Shown: piece after piece, positions 17,882 to 26,875 of the stretch
Layout: each line of letters opens with the position of its first letter
Numbering within the stretch: position 1 is the stretch's first letter
Origin: Candidatus Daviesbacteria bacterium RIFCSPLOWO2_01_FULL_39_23
Lineage (GTDB): Bacteria > Patescibacteriota > Microgenomatia > Daviesbacterales > UBA10151
Assembly: GCA_001776935.1 (NCBI GenBank)
Contig: MFDN01000005.1
Span: forward strand, 2,505-66,504
Direction of reading: 5' to 3'
Length of the DNA stretch: 64,000 nucleotides
Translations under genes and position numbers: made by a program
Notes under the pieces: generated by a model
Databases searched by the model: none
Told to the model about the DNA's origin: nothing
The model's input: the letters and a program-made list of their open reading frames with translations, nothing else

Positions 17882-18922
17882 ATGGCAGAAGCAGCACCAA
17901 GTCAGGAACCTTCAGGGACTCCCAAAGCACCTATTGATTCTCGAATCCCTATTTATGCAGATGAAGAATTTATGAAGTTTGCAAAAACTGATCCTAATGC
18001 TAGCCCAGAACAAGTGCACCAATATATGACTCAATCATTGACTAATGCTGAAAAAAGAGTCCGATACGAGGACTTACTTGCTCAAAATTTAAGTACAGGT
18101 GATGCAATTAAATCAGGAGAGCTTTCCCCTGAACAATTTGCAGACGAAGCAACAGAAAGACAATTAGCGCAAGAAAGAGAAATTGCTGAATTGAAAAGAG
18201 AAAAGGCCGCTATGGAACAATTAGTAGACAGGGATCCGTATAATCCTGAAGTTCTTTCGTATAATGGCTTTTACAGAGCCATGAAGATAAGATTAGCAAT
18301 CTGCAGGCGAAATAATATTCAATATATGGTGATGTACGCTATGGATATAGACGGTTTCGGAGAATACAACAATAGGAACGATACATTTGATGAAGAAGGG
18401 CAATCTGTTGTTTCCGGAAATCACGTTGAAGGAGATAAAGCGCTCGGTCTGGCCGGAGGTCTTATAAAGAACGCAGTCAGAGTAGAAGATATTGTAGCCA
18501 GATTACACGGAGATGAATATGTCGTAGTGACAAATAATATGCATCGTGACGAGAGAGTTATGGTAGCAGAAAGAATGAGAGAAGCTATTGCCGAAATGCC
18601 AACCTTGCTGGGGACACCCATACCACTCACAGCCAGCATAGGAATGATTATAATAGGTCCGGAATTGACACAGAGGAATTTCAAGTCAGATGAAGAACTC
18701 AAGGAGGCAGTCGATAAGGCGTATGCATTGGCGGATCGAGTTCAATATGTAGGAGCAAAACATGCCGGCAAAAACAGAATAGGGGTTGGGGATTACGAAA
18801 CCGGCAAAATTCAAACTGTCGTTTTTAATAAACGATTCACCTCACCGCCCTTCGACTATGAAGACCCTGCCCCTATTCCTCAATCCCGGGAAGCTATTTT
18901 AAAACATACAAGGCCTTCTTAG
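17882..18922 (+). CDS. GGDEF-domain protein with a degenerate HGDEY motif
   Basis: MDIDGFGEYN, HVEGDKAL, VARLHGDEY, TASIG, KHAGKNR. Confidence 0.82.
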   Translation: MAEAAPSQEPSGTPKAPIDSRIPIYADEEFMKFAKTDPNASPEQVHQYMTQSLTNAEKRVRYEDLLAQNLSTGDAIKSGELSPEQFADEATERQLAQEREIAELKREKAAMEQLVDRDPYNPEVLSYNGFYRAMKIRLAICRRNNIQYMVMYAMDIDGFGEYNNRNDTFDEEGQSVVSGNHVEGDKALGLAGGLIKNAVRVEDIVARLHGDEYVVVTNNMHRDERVMVAERMREAIAEMPTLLGTPIPLTASIGMIIIGPELTQRNFKSDEELKEAVDKAYALADRVQYVGAKHAGKNRIGVGDYETGKIQTVVFNKRFTSPPFDYEDPAPIPQSREAILKHTRPS

Positions 18923-19970
18923 TGCCGCCACTCTTTTTAACTAAACCCTTTTGCCTTAGGAATTTAAGTTCACGCAAAACTGTATCATCAGAATGATCCG
19001 GAAAAATCTTCCTGAAATCTTTATTGGATAAGCCTTTGTGACGGTGAATATATTCCATAATCATCATTTGCCGCTCATTTAACATAATCTGTGACCCCAG
19101 CTTATCTTTGATCCTGGCATCCACAGAAATCCTTTGCACTTTTTCTTTGACCCTGTTTAGCTCTATTGCCACCCCTTCTGTAAAATATTCAAGCCAGGGG
19201 GTTAAATCACGCTCATGTGTATCCAGTACGAGCTGGTTTGATACAGCTTGTAGTGTTAAGTAATAGTTCATCGGATTTTCATCAAAATACTCCTCAAAAG
19301 AGAAAAACTTTCTTATATCATAGCCATCCAAAAATAAAATCAGCGTGGCAGTTGCCCTTGCTACCCTGCCATTTCCGTCCACAAAAGGGTGAATTCTTGC
19401 CAGCTCATAATGGATGATCCCTGCTTTGATAATTGGATGAATTTCTCTTGCCTCATCTGAGTTAATCCAGTTAACCAGATCCTCCACCAGATACGGCACC
19501 TCAACTGCCGGAGGAGGAGTATAGGAAATTTGTCCGGTTTTGGTATTTTTTACAACCACCTGCCTTAATCTAAACTTACCGGATGATTCAGGCGGCAAAA
19601 TCTTCTCCGTAGTCAGTTTGTGCATTTCTAAAATTGTTTCTATTGTGAAAGAGTAGCTGCCTGAGGGGCCGATTTGCGTAAACACTGCCTCAATAAACTT
19701 TAAAACATTCCGGTAATTTATAACCTCCTGCACATCTCTGTCCCGGGCAATAACTTCAGTGCCTTCTAAAACATCCCTCACTTCCTCCGAGGATAAAGGG
19801 TTTCCTTCCAGATGAGTTCCATGATGGATAGTCCGCTCAATTGCTTCTTTCCTAAACTTGGCTTCCCATGCCGGCACCAAAGGCGCATTCATGATGATTT
19901 CGCGACTGGCCTCCACTACGCCGATATCTTTTAATATCTTGTTTGTGATTGTGTATTTGGGGATAAACAT
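18894..19970 (-). CDS. Fic family protein with C-terminal HTH
   Basis: HPFVDGNGRVAR. Confidence 0.93.
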   Translation of the reverse strand: MFIPKYTITNKILKDIGVVEASREIIMNAPLVPAWEAKFRKEAIERTIHHGTHLEGNPLSSEEVRDVLEGTEVIARDRDVQEVINYRNVLKFIEAVFTQIGPSGSYSFTIETILEMHKLTTEKILPPESSGKFRLRQVVVKNTKTGQISYTPPPAVEVPYLVEDLVNWINSDEAREIHPIIKAGIIHYELARIHPFVDGNGRVARATATLILFLDGYDIRKFFSFEEYFDENPMNYYLTLQAVSNQLVLDTHERDLTPWLEYFTEGVAIELNRVKEKVQRISVDARIKDKLGSQIMLNERQMMIMEYIHRHKGLSNKDFRKIFPDHSDDTVLRELKFLRQKGLVKKSGGTKKALYVLK

Positions 19971-19974
19971 TTTG

Positions 19975-20048
19975 TTAGCGTTTAGCGTATAGATAATAGC
20001 GTATAGTTGAATTTTAACTACACGCTATACGCTACCCACTATACCCTA
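19975..20048. repeat. Inverted heptamer element (TAGCGTA/TACGCTA type)
   Basis: TAGCGTT TAGCGTA TAGATAA TAGCGTA ... CACGCTA TACGCTA CCCACTA TACCCTA. Confidence 0.8.
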
Positions 20049-20077
20049 TTATTACCCATTTCCCGCAAAAAATCTAA

Positions 20078-20581
20078 TCATGTTGTAATGTCGCAGGTCA
20101 AGCGATTAATTTCCATCACGATCACCCACTTCTCTATTCCCAAATCTTTGATGTAGCTTTCTAATTTATCAAAGACACTTCTTTTACTAATCCAGACACT
20201 CTTTTGTAAATGTTTAAAACCCCATTTCTTAAGATTCCTTCTAAAAAGATTTCTTATTATTCTTTTTTCTTCCGGAATATCAAATATCACTACTCTCCAC
20301 TTCCCGTCCCATTTCTTTTCTTCAGATTGATTATCAACAAGGTCTTTTCCTGCTTCTGTTAACTTAATTAAAACATCATTTTTAAGCTTAATTTGTTCAA
20401 TTAACCCGCCTTCTCTTAATCTTTTTAATGCTTGAGACAGAGAAGATTTTTTTAAATCCGGAATACCGTGGTGATAGCGGTAATGGTGATAGGCAAAATC
20501 TTCCAAGCGGATATAACCATCTATTGTTTTTTCTAGAGCAAACAAAATTGCATTTGTTAAACTCTTTTTATAAACCCTCAT
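20078..20581 (-). CDS. PaaX-like regulator (winged HTH plus Cas2-like domain)
   Basis: LTEAG, WDGKWRVVIFDIPE, GFKHLQKSVW. Confidence 0.82.
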   Translation of the reverse strand: MRVYKKSLTNAILFALEKTIDGYIRLEDFAYHHYRYHHGIPDLKKSSLSQALKRLREGGLIEQIKLKNDVLIKLTEAGKDLVDNQSEEKKWDGKWRVVIFDIPEEKRIIRNLFRRNLKKWGFKHLQKSVWISKRSVFDKLESYIKDLGIEKWVIVMEINRLTCDITT

Positions 20582-20589
20582 ACCAATTC

Positions 20590-20617
20590 ATTGTACGATC
20601 GTACACCAAAATGTCAA
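20590..20617 (-). promoter_or_regulatory. Sigma70-type promoter overlapped by the palindrome TGTACGATCGTACA
   Basis: TTGACA-16-TACAAT, 8 nt before the ATG at 20581. Confidence 0.7.
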
Positions 20618-20742
20618 TAATATAGATTATATAAGACAACCCTATTTTGCAGGCAATCCCTTGTTTGTGAAGTTTTAACTTAAAAAGACCTACCCCTCAA
20701 GACTTGCCAAGCTAAATACAAAGGCTTAATATAACTATAATC

Positions 20743-21045
20743 ATGAGGATAGTACAAACAAGTGTAATTATTATTGGAAGCTTTGCAGCAACTATTCTTA
20801 GTGTCTATTCGCCTCTTAATGGCATTAAAATGCCAAATGCAATCTATTGCGGACCACCAGCAGGTCTACCTTTTGCTTTTATTTTAGCGAAATGGAAACT
20901 ACCTCCAAATACTGTAACTTGTATGGCTGTACTATCTCCTCAAATGGCTTTAATTGCGTTACTGCTGGACTTAATTATTTGGTTAATAATTCTAATAATT
21001 ATTAGTTGGGGCTTAAACCTCTTGGTGAGACTACGCAGTCATTAA
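20743..21045 (+). CDS. Small membrane protein, unknown function
   Basis: 100-aa ORF with hydrophobic segments and a GLPF motif. Confidence 0.55.
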   Translation: MRIVQTSVIIIGSFAATILSVYSPLNGIKMPNAIYCGPPAGLPFAFILAKWKLPPNTVTCMAVLSPQMALIALLLDLIIWLIILIIISWGLNLLVRLRSH

Positions 21046-21152
21046 TGAACTACTCAGTAGTTACTGCCGAGTATCCCTTCGGGCAAGTTCTTCTGTAAAC
21101 TATCCATCTCCCCAGTGGCGGGAGGTATTCTGGTTCAAGAATAAACTCAATC

Positions 21153-24100
21153 CTAGTTTCCGACATACTCATCCCAACTTTTAATTTGTAGATCTTCTAC
21201 TTTTTTGCTAGCCAGGCTGGTTATTAAAAGCTCTGCTGCCTGCAGGTTAGTTATCAAAGGAATACCCAAATCCACACAATTCCTTCTTAAAATAAATCCG
21301 TCAGTTTCGCCTTTTTCCACCCCTCCCTCAGATATATTTATCACAAGATCAATCCCCTCGTTTAGAAGACTTAGCACAGAAGGTTCTCTTTTTTCTGCAA
21401 TTTTATAGATTCTGGTATTTTCAATGCCATGACTTTTTAGAAACTCTGAAGTATGGTGGGTGGCATATATTTTTAAACCTAAATTAATAAGCTGTTTTGC
21501 AGAAAGCAGCAAATCAAGTTTATTTTTATCCCCTCCCAAAGACAGCAATACTCCTTTTTTGGGTATTTTAAACCCAACAGCCAAAATGGCTTTAAGATAA
21601 GCCTCCTGCAGGTCATCCCCAAAACAAGCCACCTCCCCTGTTGAGGACATTTCCACCCGGAGTCTCGGATCCGCTCCTTTAATCCGGGAAAAAGAAAACT
21701 GCGGAGCTTTAACTCCCACATAATCTAAATCTATGGTCTTAAATCCATTGGTAAGTTTTTCTCCCATCATAACTTTTGTGGCCAATTCCACAAAGTTATA
21801 TCCTGTTACTTTGGAGACAAAAGGGAAAGACCTGGAAGCCCGGAGGTTTAATTCAATCACCTGTATTTTATTGTCTTTTGCCAAAAATTGAATATTGAAA
21901 GGGCCATTGATATTTAAAGCCTGAATAATCTTTTTGGTGGCCTCTTTTACCTTCCTGACAGTCTCAAGATAAAGCCTTTGAGGCGGCAAAACAATGGTGG
22001 CATCACCTGAGTGTACGCCGGCATTTTCCACATGTTCTGAGATGGCATAAATCAAAAGTTCCCCGCTTTGCCCTACTCCGTCAACTTCAATTTCTTTCGC
22101 CCCTTCTACAAACTTGGAAATTACCACCGGATGTTCGGGAGAAATATCCGAGGCGCTTTTTAAGTGCTTGGTTAGCTCAATAGAAGAATATGCCACATTC
22201 ATGGCAGAACCGGATAACACATAAGACGGCCTGACTAAAACCGGGTAACCGATTTTCTTGGCAAATGTTAAAGCCTCATCTACTCCTTTTAAGCTCTGCC
22301 ATCCCGGCTGTTCTATTCCTAGTGTGTCTAAAAGCTTAGAAAACTTATTACGGTCTTCTGCCCGGTCAATATTTTCAGGGGAAGTTCCCAGTATTTTATA
22401 ACCGGCCTTAAAACAAGCGATTGCCAAATTGTTGGGTACCTGTCCCCCAAAACTTAAAACAAGGTTGGCATTTTCTTCAATATCATAAATGTCACTAACT
22501 CGCTCAAAGGTCAGCTGTTCAAAATACAATTTATCCGCGCTGTCAAAATCTGTAGAAACTGTTTCCGGATTACAATTTATAATAATTGTTTCTAACCCTT
22601 TTTCCCTTAATGTTTTGGCTGCTGTTACACAGCACCAATCAAATTCCACAGAAGAACCAATCCTGTAAGGGCCGGAGCCAAGGACAATTGCTTTTTCGCT
22701 TTTCGCTATTAGCTTTTCGCTGTTAGCTTCTGATTCTTCTCCATGATATGTCAGATATAAATAATTTGTTTTAGCCGGGAATTCTCCTGCTAAAGTATCA
22801 ATATGTTTTACAACCGGTACTATGCCATGTTTCTTTCTGAATTCTCTAACTTTTTCTTGGGTGGTTTTAAATGCTTTAGCCAGTACTTTATCTGAAAAAC
22901 CTAATCTTTTTGCATCAAGAACGCTTTTCGCTGTTAACCCGCCTGCGACGCTATGCGTAGCATTGCGGGCAGGCTGTTGGCTTTTAGCTGCTAATGGCGA
23001 ATGGCCAATAGCTAATAGCTTTTTCTCAAACTCCACCATCTCTTTTATCTGATACAAAAACCATGGATCAATCCCTGTGGCCTGATAAATATCTTCTACT
23101 GATTCACCTTTACTAAGCCTTTTGGCAATGGCAAAAAGCCGCTCTGTGGTGGGCAAAAGCTGTGTATCATCTGTACCGTTTTCTAAAAGCCCATCCTGCC
23201 CTGTTTCAAGCATCCTGATGGCTTTTTGCAACACTTCCGGAAAAGATCTGCCTATTGCCATCACCTCTCCCACGCTTTTCATCTCCGAACCGATCGCTTC
23301 TTTTGCTCCCGCAAACTTTTGCAAATCCCACCTTGGAAGCTTAATCACAATATAATCCAAAGCCGGCTCAAAAAAGGCTGAAGTCGATAAAGTAACTCTA
23401 TTTTTAAGCTGCGGCAGATTGTAACCCAAGGCAATTTTGGCAGCAATATAAGCCAAAGGATAACCTGTGGCTTTAGAGGCTAAAGCTGAAGAACGCGACA
23501 ACCTGGCATTAACCTCTATCACCCGGTAATCATTATTCTCCGGATTTAGGGCAAATTGGATATTGCACTCCCCTACAATCCCCAAATACTCAATCACTTG
23601 TAGAGATAACTTGCGTAAAAAATGATACTGGTAATTATTTAAAGTTTGCGAAGGAGCTACCACAATACTCTCACCGGTATGAATCCCCAAAGGATCCATA
23701 TTTTCCATATTACAAACAGTGATTTTATTACCCTTATTATCCCGGACCACTTCATACTCCACCTCTTTCCAATGTTTTAAATATTCTTCAATAGCAATCT
23801 GCGGAGCCTGACTCAAAGCACTGGTGACCATTTTAATAAATTCCTCCTTACTTTCAACTACTCCTGAACCTAAACCTCCTAAAGAAAAACCGGATCGTAT
23901 AAGAAGCGGATACTCTAACTTCTCAGCAATTTCCAGAGCCTGATTCAAACTTTTGGCAAAACCGCCGACGGGAACTTTGACGCCAATTTTTGCAAGTTCC
24001 CCGGCAAAAAGCTCCCGGTCTTCCGTAATTTCTATACTTTTTACAGGAGTACCTAAAACCTTAACGCCATACTTTTTAAAAATCCCGTTCTTTTCCAAAG

Positions 24101-24383
24101 CCAAACCGCAATTTAAGGCAGTCTGCCCGCCAAAACTTAAAAGTATCGCATCGGGTTTTTCCTTTTTTATCACTTTTTCAACAAATAATGGAGTTACCGG
24201 TAAAAAATAAATCTTACGCGCAAGCTCTTTGGAGGTTTGAATAGTGGCAATATTAGGGTTTATTAAAACCGATTCAATGCCTTCTTCTTTTAGGGCTTTT
24301 AAAGCTTGCGAGCCTGAATAATCAAACTCGCCTGCTTCCCCGATTTTTAATGCTCCTGAACCTAAAACTAGTACTTTTTTCAT
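21153..24383 (-). CDS. carB: Carbamoyl-phosphate synthase large subunit
   Basis: GEAGEFDYSG, HTGES, RSSALASKATGYP, C-terminal MGS domain. Confidence 0.97.
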   Translation of the reverse strand: MKKVLVLGSGALKIGEAGEFDYSGSQALKALKEEGIESVLINPNIATIQTSKELARKIYFLPVTPLFVEKVIKKEKPDAILLSFGGQTALNCGLALEKNGIFKKYGVKVLGTPVKSIEITEDRELFAGELAKIGVKVPVGGFAKSLNQALEIAEKLEYPLLIRSGFSLGGLGSGVVESKEEFIKMVTSALSQAPQIAIEEYLKHWKEVEYEVVRDNKGNKITVCNMENMDPLGIHTGESIVVAPSQTLNNYQYHFLRKLSLQVIEYLGIVGECNIQFALNPENNDYRVIEVNARLSRSSALASKATGYPLAYIAAKIALGYNLPQLKNRVTLSTSAFFEPALDYIVIKLPRWDLQKFAGAKEAIGSEMKSVGEVMAIGRSFPEVLQKAIRMLETGQDGLLENGTDDTQLLPTTERLFAIAKRLSKGESVEDIYQATGIDPWFLYQIKEMVEFEKKLLAIGHSPLAAKSQQPARNATHSVAGGLTAKSVLDAKRLGFSDKVLAKAFKTTQEKVREFRKKHGIVPVVKHIDTLAGEFPAKTNYLYLTYHGEESEANSEKLIAKSEKAIVLGSGPYRIGSSVEFDWCCVTAAKTLREKGLETIIINCNPETVSTDFDSADKLYFEQLTFERVSDIYDIEENANLVLSFGGQVPNNLAIACFKAGYKILGTSPENIDRAEDRNKFSKLLDTLGIEQPGWQSLKGVDEALTFAKKIGYPVLVRPSYVLSGSAMNVAYSSIELTKHLKSASDISPEHPVVISKFVEGAKEIEVDGVGQSGELLIYAISEHVENAGVHSGDATIVLPPQRLYLETVRKVKEATKKIIQALNINGPFNIQFLAKDNKIQVIELNLRASRSFPFVSKVTGYNFVELATKVMMGEKLTNGFKTIDLDYVGVKAPQFSFSRIKGADPRLRVEMSSTGEVACFGDDLQEAYLKAILAVGFKIPKKGVLLSLGGDKNKLDLLLSAKQLINLGLKIYATHHTSEFLKSHGIENTRIYKIAEKREPSVLSLLNEGIDLVINISEGGVEKGETDGFILRRNCVDLGIPLITNLQAAELLITSLASKKVEDLQIKSWDEYVGN
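22922..23022. repeat. Inverted heptamer hairpin with nested palindrome, in-frame in carB
   Basis: Read as LLAIGHSPLAAKSQQPARNATHSVAGGLTAKS; twin of 1262-1362. Confidence 0.88.
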
Positions 24384-24394
24384 AATGTCCCTTC

Positions 24395-24477
24395 TGTCAT
24401 TCTGAGCGTAGCGAAGAATCTCTTGACTTGTTCAAGGTTCCAAACTAGATCCTTCGGCTAATCGCCTCAGGATGACA
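24395..24477. repeat. TGTCAT...ATGACA element between carA and carB
   Basis: TGTCATTCTGAGCGTAGCGAAGAATCTC...AGATCCTTC...TCAGGATGACA. Confidence 0.9.
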
Positions 24478-25572
24478 CTAAAGAAAGCTAATAAATTCAT
24501 CAAACAAGTATCCACCATCAACCGGCCCCGGATTTGCTTCCGGATGAAACTGCACAGCCATAAATGGTTTTTTCTTATGCCTGATCCCCTCATTCGTGCC
24601 GTCATTTAAATTCACAAACCATTCCTGCCAACCTGAACCCATAGACTTGATATCTACTGCAAAACCATGATTTTGAGAAGTAATAATAGCCTTCTTTGTA
24701 ATTTGATCTTGTATGGGTTGATTTTGGCCCCGATGGCCAAATTTCAGTTTGTATGTATTTCCACCTGCTGCTAAAGATAAAATCTGACTGCCTAAACAGA
24801 TTCCAAAAGTAGGGATATTTTTGTTTAGAATCTGCTCTACATTTTCTATGGTTTGTTTTGCCTGTTTTGGGTCTCCGGGACCATTGGAAATAAGCACCCC
24901 GTCAAAATCAATTTTTGCATCCAGTGGATTAAAATCCCAAGGCACCCGGGTAACTTTCACCCCTCTTTTCACCAAACTCCTGATGATATTTTCCTTCGCC
25001 CCGCAATCTATTAAAACAATGTTTTTCTTCCCTGATCCATAAACTTCTACCTCTTTACAGCTTACATAAGGCAGGATATTTTCTTTGTTGGGATCATAAG
25101 TAAAGTCGCCAGTCGCTAGAGTCGAGAGTCTAGACTTTGTGTTACTTGACTCTTGACTCTTGACTCTTGACTCTACCTCTATCCGGCCCAGCATCACTCC
25201 ATGTTCCCGGAGCTTTATAGTCAAAGCCCGGGTGTCAATGCCTTGCAAAGCCGGGATTTTTTCCTCTCTTAACCATTCTCCTAATGTTTTTTCACTTTCA
25301 AAATGCGACGGATGATCAATATAATTTTGCACAATCAATCCTTTTACCTGTATCTTTTTCGATTCCCAAAAATCCTTTTTTGGAACCCCGTAATTGCCTT
25401 GCAAAGGATAGGTTAAAACCAAAATCTGACCAAAATAAGAAGGATCTGTTAAAGCTTCAGGATAACCCACCATACTGGTATTAAATACCACTTCACCAGA
25501 CGTGCTGCCTTCAAATCCAAAACTTTTTCCTAAAAAAACTGTCCCATCGGACAGTGTCAGTTTACCATCCAT
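24478..25572 (-). CDS. carA: Carbamoyl-phosphate synthase small subunit
   Basis: GEVVFNT, SNGPGDP, GICLG, QFHPEA. Confidence 0.97.
   Translation of the reverse strand: MDGKLTLSDGTVFLGKSFGFEGSTSGEVVFNTSMVGYPEALTDPSYFGQILVLTYPLQGNYGVPKKDFWESKKIQVKGLIVQNYIDHPSHFESEKTLGEWLREEKIPALQGIDTRALTIKLREHGVMLGRIEVESRVKSQESSNTKSRLSTLATGDFTYDPNKENILPYVSCKEVEVYGSGKKNIVLIDCGAKENIIRSLVKRGVKVTRVPWDFNPLDAKIDFDGVLISNGPGDPKQAKQTIENVEQILNKNIPTFGICLGSQILSLAAGGNTYKLKFGHRGQNQPIQDQITKKAIITSQNHGFAVDIKSMGSGWQEWFVNLNDGTNEGIRHKKKPFMAVQFHPEANPGPVDGGYLFDEFISFL
25104..25175. repeat. Gene-less AGAGTCA-type inverted heptamer element, in-frame in carA
   Basis: Minus strand (AGAGTCA)x4, short spacer, CTAGACT CTCGACT CTAGCGA CTGGCGA; read as VESRVKSQESSNTKSRLSTLATGD. 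Confidence 0.88.
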
Positions 25573-25586
25573 AATATTTAAAATTC

Positions 25587-26519
25587 TTACAGTCTACCCA
25601 AAACTAAAGCCAATAATGCTTCCCGAATATATAAACCATTCTTTGCCTGCTTAAAATAAATGGCATTTTCATGACTATCCAAAGCCGGATCGATCTCGTT
25701 CACCCGGGGCAAAGGATGCATCAGTTTTACACCTTTATCCAGATATTTTCTAAAAGGGGCTCCCAGCACAAACAAATCTTTTACTTTTTCATACTCTTTT
25801 AAATCATCAAACCTTTCTTTTTGCACACGGGTTTGATACAAAAAATCCGCATCCAAATCATCCGGAAGTTTCTCAAATTCCTCAAACTCTACTCTTCTTT
25901 CTTTTAATATTTTTAAAAATTCCTCCGGCATTTTAAGCTTCGGGTGAGAAATAAAAATCTGCTTAACCTTAAATTGACTTAAAGCCAAAGATAACGCATG
26001 AACAGTCCTGCCATATTTTAAATCTCCCATCAAAGCTACTTTAATTCCGTCAATCTTGCCTGCTTCTTTCATAATGGTGTATAAATCCAGCATTGTTTGG
26101 GTAGGATGCTGGTTAGGCCCGTCTCCGGCATTTATCACCGGAATATCTGCCACCTCTGCTGCTTCTTTGGCAGCGCCGGACTCCGGATGCCGCATAATTA
26201 AAACATCGGCATAGGCGTTCATAATCCGAATCGTATCTCGGAAACTTTCGCCTTTATGAATAGAGGTAGATTCAGGGTCATTAAAACCGATTATTCCCAT
26301 GCCGATTTTTTGGGAAGCAGAGCGGAAAGATTGTTCTGTGCGGGTGGATTGTTCAAAAAACAAAACAGCGGCGATTTTACCCTGGGCAATTTCATAATTG
26401 GACCTGTCCCTTTTAACAAAAGTCGGATCAAATCTCTTGGCTTCAGAAAGCACGTATAATAATTCTTCCCTTGAGAAGTCGTTTATATCTATAATATCTC
26501 TGCCTTTAAATGTTTTCAT
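25587..26519 (-). CDS. pyrB: Aspartate carbamoyltransferase
   Basis: FFEQSTRT, HPTQTMLD, GDLKYGRTVH, MHPLPR. Confidence 0.97.
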   Translation of the reverse strand: MKTFKGRDIIDINDFSREELLYVLSEAKRFDPTFVKRDRSNYEIAQGKIAAVLFFEQSTRTEQSFRSASQKIGMGIIGFNDPESTSIHKGESFRDTIRIMNAYADVLIMRHPESGAAKEAAEVADIPVINAGDGPNQHPTQTMLDLYTIMKEAGKIDGIKVALMGDLKYGRTVHALSLALSQFKVKQIFISHPKLKMPEEFLKILKERRVEFEEFEKLPDDLDADFLYQTRVQKERFDDLKEYEKVKDLFVLGAPFRKYLDKGVKLMHPLPRVNEIDPALDSHENAIYFKQAKNGLYIREALLALVLGRL

Positions 26520-26560
26520 ATGTCATTCTGGCCTGTCCAGAATCCTTTCTGTCATTTTGT

Positions 26561-26669
26561 TGTCATTCTGATCCCGATGTATATCGGGAGAAGAATCTCT
26601 AGATTAATTCTAGATACATCTTAAACAAGTTAAGAGATCCTTCTGGTCCAATGGACCATCAGGATGACA
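26561..26669. repeat. TGTCAT...ATGACA element in the pyrB leader
   Basis: Same arms; cassettes TCCCGAT..ATCGGGA and TGGTCCAATGGACCA. Confidence 0.9.
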
Positions 26670-26701
26670 ATTTACGTTTTAATCATTTTACGTAAATTGT
26701 C

Positions 26702-26728
26702 AAAAAAAACCGCCCCTCCAAGGCGGTG
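26702..26728 (-). terminator. Intrinsic terminator upstream of pyrB (attenuator candidate)
   Basis: ACCGCCTTGGAGGGGCGG followed by T8 on the minus strand. Confidence 0.75.
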
Positions 26729-26770
26729 TTAAATTCTATTAAACTCTACATTAAAAATGCGTTTTACCAT
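26729..26770 (-). CDS. Putative 13-aa leader peptide MVKRIFNVEFNRI
   Basis: ATG 26770 to TAA 26729, between a promoter and the terminator. Confidence 0.5.
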   Translation of the reverse strand: MVKRIFNVEFNRI

Positions 26771-26794
26771 AACTAAATACTCAAACTTATTGCT

Positions 26795-26823
26795 AGTTTA
26801 GGTTAAAACTCCCCTTCTGTCAA
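26795..26823 (-). promoter_or_regulatory. Sigma70-type promoter of pyrB-carAB
   Basis: TTGACA-17-TAAACT. Confidence 0.65.
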
Positions 26824-26875
26824 TACTGAGTGAAACCGAATGTGTCAAGTTTTTAAATACGTTTGACTAATCACC

